From contig NC_058368.1 of the NCBI RefSeq assembly GCF_018350175.1, forward strand, positions 199,704,001-199,768,000: DNA of 64,000 nucleotides, read 5' to 3'. Position numbers and translations under genes: made by a program. Positions 39,251 to 52,709 of this stretch are shown here, piece by piece (positions within the stretch are counted from its first letter, which is position 1; every line of letters begins with the position of its first letter). The DNA is from Felis catus. Its lineage: Eukaryota. Under the pieces are notes generated by a model, which saw only the letters and a list, made by a program, of their open reading frames with translations, searched no databases and had not been told where the DNA came from.

Positions 39251-39401
39251 GGACTACAAGAAATAACTTTGAAGGGAAAAAAGTCATTAGCTTAGAATAT
39301 GAAGCATATCTACCAATGGCGGAAAATGAAATCAGAAAAATTTGTAGTGACATTAGGCAGAAATGGCCAGTCAAACACATAGCAGTGTTTCATAGACTTG
39401 G
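39251..39401 (+). CDS. MOCS2: MOCS2B exon 5
   Basis: Long poly-T acceptor; 151 nt encoding (G)[49 protein letters not shown](G), with MoaE motifs GTTR, LEYEAY and HRLG; donor GG|gtatga. Confidence 0.96.
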
Positions 39402-40146
39402 GTATGATTTCCTTTAGCAATTGAATAGTTAATTGCATTTGTTTTCCATCATTGTGCTGATTTTAATTCTGGAATCTTCTGTAGGAATCCTATATTAGCA
39501 TGAGAGGAAGGTTTGTGTATTATTCTGGCAGACAGGCAGACGGTGGATAGCACCTCAAGGGCTGTTTGTTTCATTGTAACATCTGGAGAGTGCCTGATGC
39601 TAAAACAAAGTCCAAATGTGCCAAACTCTAAAAGGCCTTGTGCAGACACAAGGCCTGTGCTAATGTGTGCTAAAGTCCTTGAGGCCTTTTAAGAATTGTT
39701 TTATAGTCTGGACTCTATTTGTATGATAAGTCTGTTAATAGATTTTTTTTAATGTAGTGCCTTTGAAGGTCATTAAATTAGTTGCCTGTTTATACCACTA
39801 AGAAGAGTGGAGTTCTAGACTTTAAAAAGAGCCCAGCAATTGAGACTCCGTTTCTGTTATATTACATTAGTTGTTATTTTGTTATTAAAAAACTAAATTT
39901 CATCAATTCTATTCTTTAATATTTGTTTCTGTTTAATATGCTAACAAATTAGGCACAACCTCAGCATCCCCTCTGCTGAATGCAAACAGGATAAATTACT
40001 GTTTTTTAATTAACCTGAAGTTTAAAGTAGAACTGGATATTTAGTTGTAAGAATGCTTTACTGGAATTTTTTTTTTCATGTGTTTAATATCCTTTAACAT
40101 GTGGATTCAGAAGAAATGGCACTTTTTCTTCTTCATTTTGTTAAAG

Positions 40147-40270
40147 CTTAGTTCCAGTGTCGGAAGCAAGCGTTATCATTGCTGTGTCCTCGGCCCATAG
40201 GACTTCATCCCTTGAAGCTGTGAGCTATGCCATTGATACTTTAAAAGCCAAGGTGCCCATATGGAAAAAG
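40147..40270 (+). CDS. MOCS2: MOCS2B exon 6
   Basis: Acceptor ttaaag|; 124 nt encoding [41 protein letters not shown], with MoaE motifs SSAHR and PIWKK; donor AAG|gtaagg. Confidence 0.96.
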
Positions 40271-41111
40271 GTAAGGAAGTATCTAATTTTGCCATTTGGA
40301 CATGGTTTTTCTCACAAATTATTTAAAAGATAAGGAATGAGATTACATGTAGAACTTGTATTCTAGGGTCTTCCCTGACTCTGTAGAATCACATTTTCTT
40401 TATCTGAAATAGTATTTATGTAATATCTCCAAAGTTTGTTAAACATGAAAAGTACATGCCCCAAAGAAATGCATGGCACAGATTAGGCCTCAATAGTTGG
40501 TAACAATTGGAATTCCTTGTCTGGACTTTTCCATTGGTTCATATATGAATTCATTCACTTTGGATTAGAATTCCCTTGAGTTAGTCCTGTGGAGAGTGAT
40601 AATAATGCACAGCTGTTCAGCAATAGGTAAACAAGATTTCTCGAGGCAAAAGAGCAAGCAGCATTCTAGAATTTCTTCCTTAGGAAAAAAGAGTGGGGTA
40701 TTGCCTCTTTGGAGAAAATGCATAGTGAGTGGATTTTCAAACATAAATAGGAAATTCTAGCTTGTTTTCTGTCAGCACATCAAACCAATCAGAGCGAATC
40801 TCTGGTTAAAGAGGACATTCTGAAGGGATGAAAAGACCCAACTCCTTAAGTTCTTCCATGGTGTAGTAACAGTAGCAGTGGGGTTGTTCTGAACTCTCAA
40901 ACTTGTAATTGCCTTTAAGAGTCTAGAATTGCCCACAGCATTTTGGCTGGGTAGCAAAGCCAAGGAGGGAATTAACATCTCAGATCAGAGGGCAGAGCGT
41001 GTCTTTCCTAGGAGCCTGCTGGCTCCGTTTGTGGTAGAGATGAACAAATTGGACTCTTACACAGGACCTATGAAACCCAGTGACCATGTTTTCTGAATAA
41101 AAAATGAAACT

Positions 41112-41318
41112 GGGGTGCCTGGGTGACTCAATTGGTTAAGCGACCAGCTTCGGCTCAGGTCGTGTTCTCACAGTTCGTGAGTTCGAGCCCTGCATCGGGC
41201 TCCGTACTGACAGCTCAGAGCCTGGAGCCTGCTTCAGATTCTGTGTCTCACTCTCTGCCCCTTCCCCGCTCATGCTCTGTCTCTCTCTCAAAAATAAAGT
41301 TAAAAAAAATTTTGAAAT
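41112..41318 (+). mobile_element. Can-SINE in MOCS2 intron 6
   Basis: Complete head to A-tail; imperfect TSD tgaataaaaa(a/c)tga. Confidence 0.92.
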
Positions 41319-41533
41319 GAATAAAAACTGACACCTGTTCTTATAAGGGGATACTTTGGGATTTGAAGATAGGATTTATGACAGAAAACAGTCTCTGTGA
41401 AGCTCAGCTATGGTGGCTTTGCTTTGAACAAAGCTGCCACCATTTTGATAGACTACATGAGGCAGTCTCCTGAATAGAGTGAGTCAGGGAGAGCATTCTC
41501 CATTGAGTTGTGAATCTGGGTGGCAGAGGTAGC

Positions 41534-41690
41534 TTTTTTTTTTTTAATTAATTTTAATTTAATTTAATTTTTTCAGATAGTACAAGCAGGGGAGAGGGGC
41601 AGAAGAAGAGAACCTTTTTTTATTTTTTAAATGTTATTTATCTTGAGAGAGAGAAAGAACACATGCATAGGGGAGGGACAGAGAAGGGGG

Positions 41691-41734
<44 letters not shown>

Positions 41735-41972
41735 CCTAAGCAGGCTCTGCTATCAGCGCAGAACCCAACAATCCATGAGAGCATGATCTGAGCTGAAATC
41801 AAGAATCAGATGCTTAACCTGCTGAGCCACCCAGGTGGCTTAAGAGAGAATCTTAAGCAGGATCCATGCTTAGTGCAGAACCCAACGTGGGACTTGATCC
41901 CATGACCCTGGGATCATGATCTGAGCCCAAATCAGAAGTCGAACACTCAATCACCTGAGTCATCAGGCACCC
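41534..41972 (-). mobile_element. Can-SINE nested in a Can-SINE
   Basis: The outer copy (41534-41612 plus 41842-41972) is split by an inner copy (~41615-41840) flanked by agagaa(c/t)c. Confidence 0.85.
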
Positions 41973-42835
41973 CAGTAGCTCTCCTTACCAAGGAGAAAGA
42001 ATGGACAGCCTGCTCATAGAAAGTAGATGAGAGAGTAGGTCCCTGGAATAAGAGGGTGGGCAGGATTGGGGCATCCTCTCATCTTTATACTTCAAGGTCT
42101 AGCTGAGCTTTCTGTTTACTTTTCTGTCTGTAGAGGTTGAGAGGGTATATACAGTGTTCAGAGGAAGGTCGAATTTGGATTTCTGTCCCTCAGAAATAGG
42201 ATTTGACTGGAGATTGAGAAGATTGATACATTCTTATTCCCCTCCCTTCCGAGTATCATCTCAATTCGTGTCGGGTTCTAGTCCCACCTGTGCTTTGAGA
42301 TCATTGGTGAAATAGCCGGGTAGGCAGGTAGGTGGGGCACACACTTACAAAGCAATTGTCAGTTGTCTCTAGGGTAGAGCCCAAACCTGCTTAAGAACTT
42401 CTTTGGGTGGTCACTTAATTTCACACCTAGTGGAAATATCCCATCAGCCTGTGGAAAAGCATATATAGAAATGCTGAAGTAGATGTGTTTGGAAAGAAAA
42501 AAGCGTTTAAAATTATTAAAGACCTTGCATCTTCCCTGTGTAACCTTGCTCAGGCTGTCACCTGACATGGTCCCAAATGGAATTGTTTATTCCATTCTGT
42601 GGTTGTACCTTGCCTTGTTAAGTCTTCATGTCAGTGTTTCTCCCACTGGATTGGGGTCCTTAAGTGGAGGGAACAGGTTTATTCAGTTTTCTCCTTTCAG
42701 TGCCTCAAACAAATGTTTATTGGATTGTTGGAAGAGTAGCAGATTTAACTAGATTCATTTACCTGAATTTTTCTGATGCAGTTGAATTTATTAAGCCACT
42801 CTGTTTTGAATACCTGTTATGGTTCTGTTTTTCAG

Positions 42836-42904
42836 GAAATGTATGAAGAATCATCATCATCTTGGAAAAGAAACAAAGAGTGCTTTTGGACAGCCAGTGA
42901 TTAA
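42836..42904 (+). CDS. MOCS2: MOCS2B exon 7 coding part
   Basis: Acceptor tttttcag|; encodes EMYEESSSSWKRNKECFWTASD then TAA, completing PIWKKE. Confidence 0.94.
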   Translation, partial: EMYEESSSSWKRNKECFWTASD

Positions 42905-43429
42905 TTCACACATTTTTTTTTTAGAGAACTAAAATTAAACTTGGTAAACTGTCTTTAATCACATTTTGATTTTTCTTTTCTAGAAGTTAAGCTAGTTTAC
43001 TGAAACACAGTCTCTTGTGTTACACCATTGGGACAAAAGGGAGAAAAAAAAATGAGTGTTAGGATGAAGGCTTATGCAGGAGCCACAGATCGAGGAAAGA
43101 CTTCAGGGAAAAAATGGTAGAGTAAATTTAAATGTGAGGAAAGATGCCTTTGGTAGACATACCATTCCATGAAGTAGGAAATTCAAATTACTTGTATTTT
43201 TTTTTCAATGAGAAGCAAAATGAAAGCATTTTATTTTCTTTGAAAGTAATAGTAGATGGTGAGTGAAATATTTTGTGATTTTGTGGATATTTTTGTCCTT
43301 TGGATATGATGTTAGAGTTCTAGTATATTTCAGTTTATTGTGAGAAGTAGTGGTCAAGAAGCCAGTAGTTTGAGTCTTGATCTCATATCCTTGAATGAAC
43401 CTGTTGGAGAATTTGAAAACAGATTCTTG

Positions 43430-44040
43430 GATGTCTCTCGAATCTAGTTGCTACTTCTGAATCCCACTGCCGCAACTCTTGTCCAAGCCACCGCTCCATT
43501 TCTCTTGGACCGTTGTTGTGGCCCTGCTGACAGCACCCCTCCTGACACTCTTCCTTCTCCCATGTGGGTCATTTCATCCTCCTCAGACCCTTCGGAGAGC
43601 TAATCCCATGCTGGAGCCCCACAGTCCTCACCGTGGTCTATGGTCTATATGCTTGGGCTCCCGCCTGCCCCTCACCTTGCTCCAGCCCCCCTGCTTTGCT
43701 GTGGCTGGTATGTAGCAGGCTTATTCTGTCATAGGGTCCTTCCTTGTCTCTTTGTGTAGAATGCTCTTCCCCCAGATATTCCCATAGTCTGCTTCCTCAC
43801 TATTTCAAGTCCCCAGTTAAATGTTCCCTCCTCAGCCTTCTCTATCTTATTTAAAACCGGAATCCCCTTCCTTTACCCTGCCTTGTATCTTCTTGTGGCC
43901 CTTAATGCTACCAGTTGTACTGTATCTATTAGTTTCTTCCCATCACCAGACTACAGACTTCTTGAGGTCAGGGACTTGTCTCTGTCAGTGTGCCCGAACC
44001 ACTACCATGCACCAGAAAGTGCTGTTGGTGTTGAGTATTG
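43430..44040 (+). mobile_element. L2 remnant
   Basis: ccactgccgcaactcttgtccaagccacc...agaatgctcttcccccagatat...cttcttgaggtcagggact. Confidence 0.65.
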
Positions 44041-45066
44041 TGCTCCAATTAAACACACCTGACACGTGTAGCTGTAGCCCTTATGTGTGTGTAAAGGTAT
44101 CTGGTTAAATGCATGAGTGGGTAGGTTTCCCCTCCACTTCCTCCCCCTGGGCCATTCTGTAACATCTTACTTAGTTACTTATTGAGCATGGAGTTTGTGA
44201 ACATGGTATCTTAAGGCAGGAATGATTTATGATGTAGTTAGTTGCTGACCCAGCAGAGGGCAGTAGAGCCAGGGCTAAGGTAAGAGCAACTTGAGTGAGG
44301 TGTTTAGTCGGTTACTTTTCTATGCAAAAACTTTTTGCATGGAGCCAAAAAGTTCAGTTTAGTTAGCCTTTTTCTTTAAGTTAGGTCAGAGTGGTTCTTA
44401 AAGTAGTGTCTGACTTTGAGTACAATTATTTCCATTGTTTAATTGGTATCAGAGTTTAAAATATTAAGGGTTTAAGTTATACGATAGGATGAGGATGGAA
44501 GTTTTTAAAATGCTGTTTATAGTTTTTAAAAGGTGATGTAGAGTAAGTAAAAGGAATTACTTTTTAAAAAATGAGTAATTATAAAACTATTTTCCAGTTT
44601 GGGAATACGGGTCTATTCTGTGCCAGAGCTAATGTTCTTTTTGTTCATGGTTGTATTTTAATATACGATGTGTACGAGACACACTGTGATGGTTCTGCAG
44701 TCCTTGGTTCACCGGGACTGAGATGGGCAGGGCTGAGGAAGGCGTCTGAGCGATCACCTGATGCGGGAATGGGAGACACGTGTGTATCCATGGAAATGGA
44801 AACATGTGCCACCCAAGCTTTGCATTAATGCGCCAGTCTGTACAGTGAGGGCCAGTCAGTAAGCTGGATACGTAGCTTTCACAACACCTAATACCTTTAG
44901 CATATTTAATCCTTAAAATATTTAAACCCTCCTGCTTACTACTAAAACTAGAGTAAAAAAAAAAAAAAAAAAACCCTGAATGTTTTGGCAAGTTGCAGTG
45001 GTTTGGCCAACTTTTTTTTCTCTCTCTTCCAAGTACACATTTGGAGAGAGAAGTTGTGCTTTAGAG

Positions 45067-45227
45067 CAGTGCTTCTCAAACTTTCAATATGGAATGTAAT
45101 TCGTTGGAGAATCTTGTTAAACTTTCCTTCGGATTCACTTCTGGATGCCGTGGAGATACACATTTGGTAATGGGCCCCAGATGATGCCGGGCTGCCTATC
45201 TGTGGACCACACGTTTAGAAGCAAGGT
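45067..45227. mobile_element. MER5-like MITE
   Basis: cagtgcttctcaaacttt ... ggaccacacgtttagaagcaagg. Confidence 0.6.
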
Positions 45228-45370
45228 TTTACATCTAGTCCGTAAACTATGAAGGCAATTGAAGGTTCTTACAAAACAGCCTGTGGTCACTGCAGTAATG
45301 TAAGAAATTAGATACACCCTCACTCTTACATGGAGTCTTGAACGTGTTCTGAAGCAGGGTGAGTGCATAC

Positions 45371-45376
45371 AATAAA
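45371..45376 (+). terminator. MOCS2: Candidate distal MOCS2 polyadenylation signal AATAAA
   Basis: First canonical AATAAA I found after the MOCS2B stop. Variant ATTAAA hexamers occur earlier (42934-42939 and ~44048). Confidence 0.35.
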
Positions 45377-45424
45377 TACACTGAAATATACGAGCCATAA
45401 AATCAGAAGTCCAAAGTCAGTAAC

Positions 45425-45430
45425 TTTATT
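45425..45430 (-). terminator. ITGA2: Candidate ITGA2 polyadenylation signal AATAAA
   Basis: TTTATT on the plus strand at the end of an AT-rich UTR-like block. Confidence 0.6.
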
Positions 45431-46068
45431 TTCAAAACAACTTTATAATTTAGTAATGTGGTATGAAGAGTGGTTTATAATTAAAAAACACTTTAGAGTC
45501 TCATTCTTAGTTAAGAGGTTTTCTCGTTAATGTTGATTACTTTTCTAATGATTTCTCAGGAATCAAATGAGTTGTGCAATTTGATGAACATGATACATTC
45601 ATTTTTATATTTTTGGAGAGAAAAAAGGCAAAAACCAGTTAATCAAAAACAAATATACTTAATCACATTTTAAAGATTTATACTTTACATGAAGGAAAAT
45701 ATCCAAGATCCTTTCTCTTTAGAAAATGTACAATTCTAACATAGTTGTGCAATATATACATTTTATCTGTCAAAATAAACCAGGTACAGATGAAAATAGC
45801 CATATGTAAATATAAAAAAATGGTTTCATCCTTTAAGGTTCGAAGTAGTTAACACTTTTTATTTCAGACTTTACCCTCATGTTTATCTTCTACCTCTAGA
45901 TGTTTAGTCTTTCAAATTGTTTAAAATGGGTATTTGTTAATACACATGAAGGGCATAGTCCTGAAAAGTCATGTATGCAGGTATTTTTCGTGTGCAAATT
46001 GAAAAAGTAAAGTTAGGCCACGGTGCTCAGTTTGAGGGATCCTATTTTCCGTTTAATGTCTTAATCGA

Positions 46069-46159
46069 TATATATATATTTTTAAGTTTTTTGTTAGAGC
46101 GAGTCGGGGAAGGGTGGAGAGAGAGAATCCTAAGCAGGCTCCGCACCATCAGCGTGGGA
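46069..46159 (-). mobile_element. 5'-truncated Can-SINE fragment in the ITGA2 3'UTR
   Basis: gagagagaatcctaagcaggctccgcaccatcagcg with a T-rich tail. Confidence 0.75.
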
Positions 46160-46725
46160 GATTTTTAATAACTTACAGCTGTATATCAGGAGAGATAAAT
46201 ACATTATAAAATTATACCTTTTATGAAAGTTTTTTGTATAATCACTTATGTGATTAGGATAAATTTGGGTTTAGTTCTTTTTCACAGTTAATAATTTCTA
46301 CTATTTTATAAAGAGAACACTGCCAGCTAGAAAAAAAATCTCCAGTTCTTTTGCTACTAAAATGAATGATGCACAATTTCAAGTCTCAATGCAGCTTCTT
46401 TACAAACTATTTTACTATTTTATATGGCTTGTGTGGCAGCCATGCATGAAGCAACTCTTTTTAATCACATTCTACAGATCTTGTCTATATATACCATTTA
46501 TGAAATGGAAACTTTAAGATGGTGTTTTTTAAGCCCCATATTATACTTACTTTTAAAGCAAAAGTAAGGCTGACTAGGAATACATAACTTGTTTTCAAGC
46601 AGTGGGGTTTTGTTCTTTGCTTTCTTGGCTAAATACTCGCCTTTGCTTAAAAGTGTTGGAGAAATACTCCTCACTAGAGCCCCTGCCTCAAATCTGTTGC
46701 CCATTTAGGCCACTTGCTCCTGGCG

Positions 46726-46938
46726 CAGTGCTTCTCCGTTGGGGTGACTTTTGCCTCCCAGGAAGTGTGATACAGTGTCTGGAGATACTTGTATATTGTC
46801 ACAACTTGGGAGAGAGGATGCTCCTGGCACCTGGTAGCTGCCAGGGATGCTGCTCAACACCCTACTGTGCACAGGACAGCCCCCTGCAAGGAGTCACCCA
46901 GCCCCTTGTCAGCAGGGCCAAGGCAAAGAAACCCTGCC
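46726..46938. mobile_element. MER20-like MITE in the ITGA2 3'UTR
   Basis: cagtgcttctc...ggggtgacttttgcc...gccagggatgctgct...gcacaggacagccccc...gccaagg...gaaaccctg. Confidence 0.75.
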
Positions 46939-49231
46939 CCAGTGGAATAAATGGCACAGAGACCAGTGGCTAAGTTTTTAGGTTGTAGTAAGCCAGCTGC
47001 TTCATGGAGACAGTCCTGACGAGGTACACTACCTAAGCCCCGGCTTGGCCAAAGCACTCAAGCTCGCCGTGGGCACGTGACCTCAGTTTAGTGCTTCTGT
47101 AAGAAAGGCGAGGCAGAGTGAAATAAAAGGAATGACCTGCTAGAATTCTTTGTATAGCACCCCGAAGAACTAGTCTGTATATGTACACAGTAGTTACATG
47201 GTTTCTTAAATATTCTTTAACAACTTAGGTTTTTCCTCCACTCTTTAAAAAAATTTTGGACTCAAAGTATTTGAATCCACACAGCTGTTATAAGAATTGG
47301 GCTTTAGCACATCTAGAGATAGCCAAAGCTATAAGCCCCTGCCATTTTATGGCTGATTTTTCCACCTGGTTTGTTTTGCTTTGTCAAATACAAAATAAGT
47401 TACCAGACAACACAGATAGCTCTAGATAGCTCGCAGGAGCCAGGCCAGAAGAGCAGTTGGGCCTGAGGCACACAGGCACGTACTTGTTTTCAAAGTCAGG
47501 TTTTTTGAGGATTGTCTGTAATTGTAAGAAATCCAGATCTTCGACTTTCAAAACTAAAAGCATTGCTGCTGAACTCCAACCCAGTCTTCTCATTTTATAA
47601 TGAGGACACTGTAGTTTAAAGAGGCCAAGTGATTTGTCCAAAGCTTTAGGTATGCAGTTTCTGACATTAAATAGTTCCCACTTGCCTTTGCCTCTGCCTT
47701 TCTCCCAGTCCCTCCTGGAGAGTGTGTGGGCTCAAACAAAAGAAGGTGCAGGAGAAACGGTGGCGTTCCAAGGCAGTCCATTTACGTTAGTGACTGGGAT
47801 GCTTGTTAAAATATGGACCACTGAGTTTCATCCTCTTTTGACCAAATAAGTGTTCCAGGAGTTGGGACCTAAGGAGCTACCTAATGAGCATACTTGCCCA
47901 GGTGGGAGTCATTCTTCTGAAAGTTTAAGTCCTCCAGCAACACACAAGCACAGAGGGTGCACCTGCTAATTTGGGGGCTTCCAAGGTCTCCTCGTAATTT
48001 GCAAATTCCCGAGTTTTGTTTTGTGCTTTGTTTGCACTGCCTGAAATTCCAACAACTAGAAATTCACCGTGGCTTATTTTTCTTACTTGTTTAGCAATAA
48101 AGGAAAATAGCTCCCTGGAGTTAAAGGGATTATTCATGCAAGTAGGTAAGTGAGATGATTTTTCTTCCTCACACCTGGTGTAGAGCAGCTGCTCCAACGA
48201 ATTGGAGGTTTGGATGAAGGCCAAAGGGAGGTGGCTAACCCTGAATCACTAGAGAGGAAGGCACGCCTTAGTGGGCTTCTAGAAGATGGGGACACCAGGA
48301 GGTAGGTGCAAGAGTGGTTTAGTACGGAAGGAGGAAGGATGCCAAAGAAATTACTCCTCTTCCATAAATTCAAACTAGGTCCCTGCCAGGCAGTCAAGTC
48401 AGCCAGCTGTGCATGGTGAAGGAGAAGGGGAACTTCCTACTTCTTTTGGCACAGGCTGGGCCTCTAGTAGATAGGGTTTTACCATCAATGTTGTGATACA
48501 GATTTTAAACAATTCTGCATTTGACTTCTAAACTACCCTCCCAGCCCCCACCCCCTTAAATGGAGGTTTCCTCTGTAGGAAGCATACTCTAGGCTCCTAC
48601 CAGGTATCCAAGATTGTTTTGATAAATAGATCATAGCAAAAAAGGGACTCTGAGAAGGCCGACAGCAGCAAATTATACCTTACTTCATTAACAAAAAGGT
48701 CACTTAAAATAACCTCTGTGACAGCTCTGGATGACCAGCATAAGTTGAAGACCTGTGTTGTCTTTTTTCCCCCCATCAACCTCAGTATCCAAGCTAATTA
48801 TATAGCTAGGCCAAGTACTTCCACTCTTGTGGTCACTGTTTAAAAACAATCACTTTAAATGGTTGGGGTTTCCCCCACCAAATCTGAGAAAGGTTCTATT
48901 TTTCTTTAAGACTTCTCATGTTTGGAAGCATTTCATGTTTCTGACACAATGCACATTATGTAAACTCTGGACCAGCCAGTGTAAAGGTCACTCCCTGCCC
49001 CCACCCCCCGCCCATATAAAATACGTCTTTTACCCTTTCTACTCCTAGCCCCCCCCCCCAAAAAAAAACCCAATTTCTTCTTCCCAAACTGACCTGCAGT
49101 TTTCGTAAAGTATCAGGCGAGTTTTACCGCTTACACATAAAGCACTGGGATTTAAAACAAATCCATTCACACAAACAGCAAACCCTGGCTGTGCTGCCAC
49201 AGCTCACGTTGCAGTGAGACCGCCGTGGGGC

Positions 49232-49312
49232 TCAGCTGTTGAGTTCTGTGGTCTCGTCAATCTCATCCGCAGTTTTGGACATTTTTTCATATTTTCTTTT
49301 GAAGAAGCCAAG
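49232..49312 (-). CDS. ITGA2: Integrin alpha-2 last coding exon (cytoplasmic tail)
   Basis: Minus strand ttacag|LGFFKRKYEKMSKTADEIDETTELNS then TGA; integrin alpha GFFKR motif and alpha-2-type tail. Confidence 0.96.
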   Translation of the reverse strand, partial: LGFFKRKYEKMSKTADEIDETTELNS

Positions 49313-49517
49313 CTGTAAGGTGATGTACAGTTTTTACCACGTGTGAATTATTTTGTTATGGGGCCTCAGACCCCCTTGGCTGCCCACTAAAGCCCCTGTG
49401 GGAATCTCGGGCTCTGGAGAGGTTGATGTGCAGACTATGACTTGGGCTCAGCTTTTCAGTGAGGAAATAATACACAGGATTGAACTGAACAGCATACATT
49501 TTCCAGGGTCTGTTTTT

Positions 49518-49548
<31 letters not shown>

Positions 49549-49810
49549 GGTACCTGAACAAAACATTCAGGGGTCTGGCTAAAAGGCAGGTTGGAAAAAG
49601 AAGTATCAGGATCCAGACCTCATTTTATATATTGTATCCTTACTGATGGTTTTCAGGAACGGATGTGAGAATTTGCAAATAAATTTGCCTTTCCTTTTCT
49701 CTTATGATGGAGGTAGGTACCACATAAAACTTAAGGTTACTGTTTGATAAGGAAATTCAAGACCGATGTATTCAGGAGCCCCATATTTTTAAGTATGATA
49801 ATTTTCTTAC

Positions 49811-49927
49811 CTTCCATAAAACTGCAACCAGAGCTAATAGCAAAACGATTCCAGCAATTACACTTCCTACTATAACTCCAGTTGGTACTTCAGCTTTCTC
49901 ATGGGGTTTCATTATCGTAATGGGAAT
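49811..49927 (-). CDS. ITGA2: ITGA2 transmembrane exon
   Basis: 117 nt encoding IPITIMKPHEKAEVPTGVIVGSVIAGIVLLLALVAVLWK; bounded by ag and gtaag, phase 0. Confidence 0.96.
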
Positions 49928-50586
49928 CTGTAAATGTATGTATATATGCAACAGTTGAGTTAACTAATGGTAGCACCCCCAAAAAAGTGAGATGGTCTAT
50001 TCAAAGTCTCTGATTTTATTAATGGTGGTCTAGAAAGGTGATGTCACTCGGTCAGGATCTCATTCCTCAGCTAAACATTGTGCAGTACAATTTCTAGAGA
50101 AAATGCTTCTGCAAAGTACAGGCAAAGAATACAAGTTTTCTAGTTTCCTCCCTTTAATTGTGTCCGTATTTAGTGGTTATGTCATCTCTGACAACTTTAG
50201 ATGCTTTATTTATGAAATAGGAACTTTAGTTTCTGGCAGACAGTCTCATTGTCAAATGACAGCATTTGGAGTCCAAACTTGGAAGGGGGCAGGGGTGGCC
50301 AAGGACCAAACAAATCAACAGCTCAGATGCCTTGTGATTAAGCAACAGCAGCTTTGTACCGGGCTTCTAAATATTGATTTCACTTTACTCTCACTCAAGA
50401 GTACTTGATGTGCATTGTTAAAAAGTGATAGTTAATAGCTCAGGGCTCAAGTTGACCTTTTCAGTGATAAATTGTCCTGGAGGCTATGTGTGATCCTTTA
50501 TGTCCACTTCCTGGGAATCTTTGTGACTCTGTAATAGAATGGCAGCCCTAAGAGTTCTAATGGTAAAATACCGTATACTTTATATA

Positions 50587-50827
50587 CAGTAAAACCTTGG
50601 TTTGCAAGCATAATTCGTTCCAGAAACATGCTTGTAATCCAAAGTACTTGTGAATCAAAGCGAATTTCAGGAACCACCAGCTCAGTTGTGACAGTGGGAT
50701 GTTCAGCATCACGGACTACTCCTATGGTAAGACACCGCTCGTTGATCAAGTTAAAATTTATTAGAAATGTTTGCTCGTCTTGCGGAACACTTGCAGAACA
50801 AGTTATTCACAATCCAAGGTTTTACTG
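50587..50827. mobile_element. Tc1/mariner (Tigger-like) MITE
   Basis: 241 bp with TIRs CAGTAAAACCTTGG...CCAAGGTTTTACTG flanked by TA on both sides. Confidence 0.85.
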
Positions 50828-52200
50828 TATATATATATATTGTGTGTATGTGTGTGTATGTATATATATGTTTTTAGTTACAGAAAGAATCCCTACCATT
50901 TCCTCCACAAAGTGTATTAAGAATACTAAGAACTACATTGTGGGCAAAGCAAGGTAACAAAAATCTTACTGATTGGTTGAATACTACGTGACCATGGCAG
51001 ACAAGCTGCTGCTTATCACAGAATTTATGAGTTGGACTAAATTTGAGTCTGGCCTTTTGGTAATTCTGTTACTTCTCATTTGTATTTTCAAGGGATAAAA
51101 TAAGGCTTTATAAATTTAGGAATAAAGTAACTGAATTCATATAGTTCACTGCTTAATGGCAGTCATATCTTTACTCTCCATTCCAGAATCTCCCAGTCTG
51201 GGGTCCATGGATCCAAAGGGATCCACGAGTATAAGTTTTTTTTTCTCAGATTTTTAAATGGACCAGAATTCAAACAAATTTAAGAATCACTTAATCTACT
51301 CTATAGAGAGATAGGTCAGATTATTATCTGGATTCCAAATATTCAAAAAATCATCTAGAATATTTGGATTCAAAATCTAGTTTCATAGACAATTAATAGT
51401 TGGCCTTTGTTATTACCAATATTGCTCAGAGAAAACCAAGAAAAAAATCTAAAGGTTCATTAAAATTGTTAATTTCAAATTATAACTTATTTACTAGTAC
51501 TTTCTGGAAAAAAAAAAAAAAAGACCTCAGCAGATATTCAGATAGTCTGAACACTACATTTTTCTAAAATGAACTGTTAAAATATCTATAGTACTGCTAA
51601 GTTCATAATACTTTGAATTTGAAGTCCACATTTCCTTTGGCTCCATTTCTGATTTTCCATGCCCCAGCCTCTGAAGAGTGGGTGTGGGCCTTGACTGAGG
51701 GTCTTAAGCCAGAGGCCGAACAGCATCCTCTTTTGGAATAATTTCCCCTGGGACCAGAGTGAGATACCAGGGCCGTGTGTGAGCCTTACTCTCAAGTATG
51801 GAGAGAGGTCCAGAGTTCACAGGGCCATTGGCTTTTTAATGGCTACAACAGTGGACTGAGGCCAGCTGCCAGGCTGGTCTTTGGGATGAGTCTTAAACTG
51901 GCTTCTAGTTTGTAACAAAAGCATTAGGAGGAAAAATGGAAAGGGCTCTGCCAGCAGATTAGCAGAGCATGGAAATCCTGCTCTATCTAAATATGGCATA
52001 TTCCAACCAGAGGCTCACTGCAAAGGAAAGTTGTCCTGTGCCAGCCCTTAGAACAGTGAGCCTTTGTTTTCTCTAAAAGTGCATTTCTTTGCAAGACCCT
52101 TTTTTTGTTTTATATCAAGGGGAACATTTATAATTTTCTAGACTATAAGAACTAATGAATGGACCCTATACACAGTGCCAGTATGTAGCTATAAGGAATA

Positions 52201-52234
<34 letters not shown>

Positions 52235-52709
52235 CCCTCTAATAAATGCCTTATTTATTAAGCATACTTAAGCACTTTCTCTTTAAAAAATACTGTAAAA
52301 TAAAATCTATGATTCAAATAAGAATGACCTGAATGTTATGGCCTGTGACCTAGACTGTTTTGTGAAATCAAAAGAAGGAAGGAAGAGCTGGTGGTGCTGG
52401 TTTAGGCACGGAGGAAGGAGTCACAAATAAGATGAACCCCCTCTGTTGTGCCTTCTGCTGCACTGTCACTGCTGGTCCAGCTTTGCCAACAAGGGGAGGT
52501 GGGGGTGGGGAATGCGGAGGACAAGTACTTCACTGGACTTGTTTGAGTAGCAGATACCTTTGCCAAAAAGCTCAACCTCACATCAGGTTTTTAGAGTTTC
52601 AGTTATATTCTATAACCATGTAGGTGAGAAGAACCACTACTCTCAAGTTTTCAGAAACGGAATGCCTATCAAAGACCAGTGCCTACTAGGAGTGATAAGG
52701 TATACTCAC

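Larger units (their letters stand above)
45405..49231 (-). other. ITGA2: Probable ITGA2 long 3'UTR
   Basis: Runs from the stop codon to a minus-strand AATAAA (plus-strand TTTATT 45425-45430) with U/GU-rich sequence beyond it. The end point is inferred. Confidence 0.6.

Noticed and set aside
38856..39380. 174-aa minus-strand ORF
   Set aside because: Antisense to MOCS2 exon 5 and intron 4, running through the poly-pyrimidine tract; no domain recognised.
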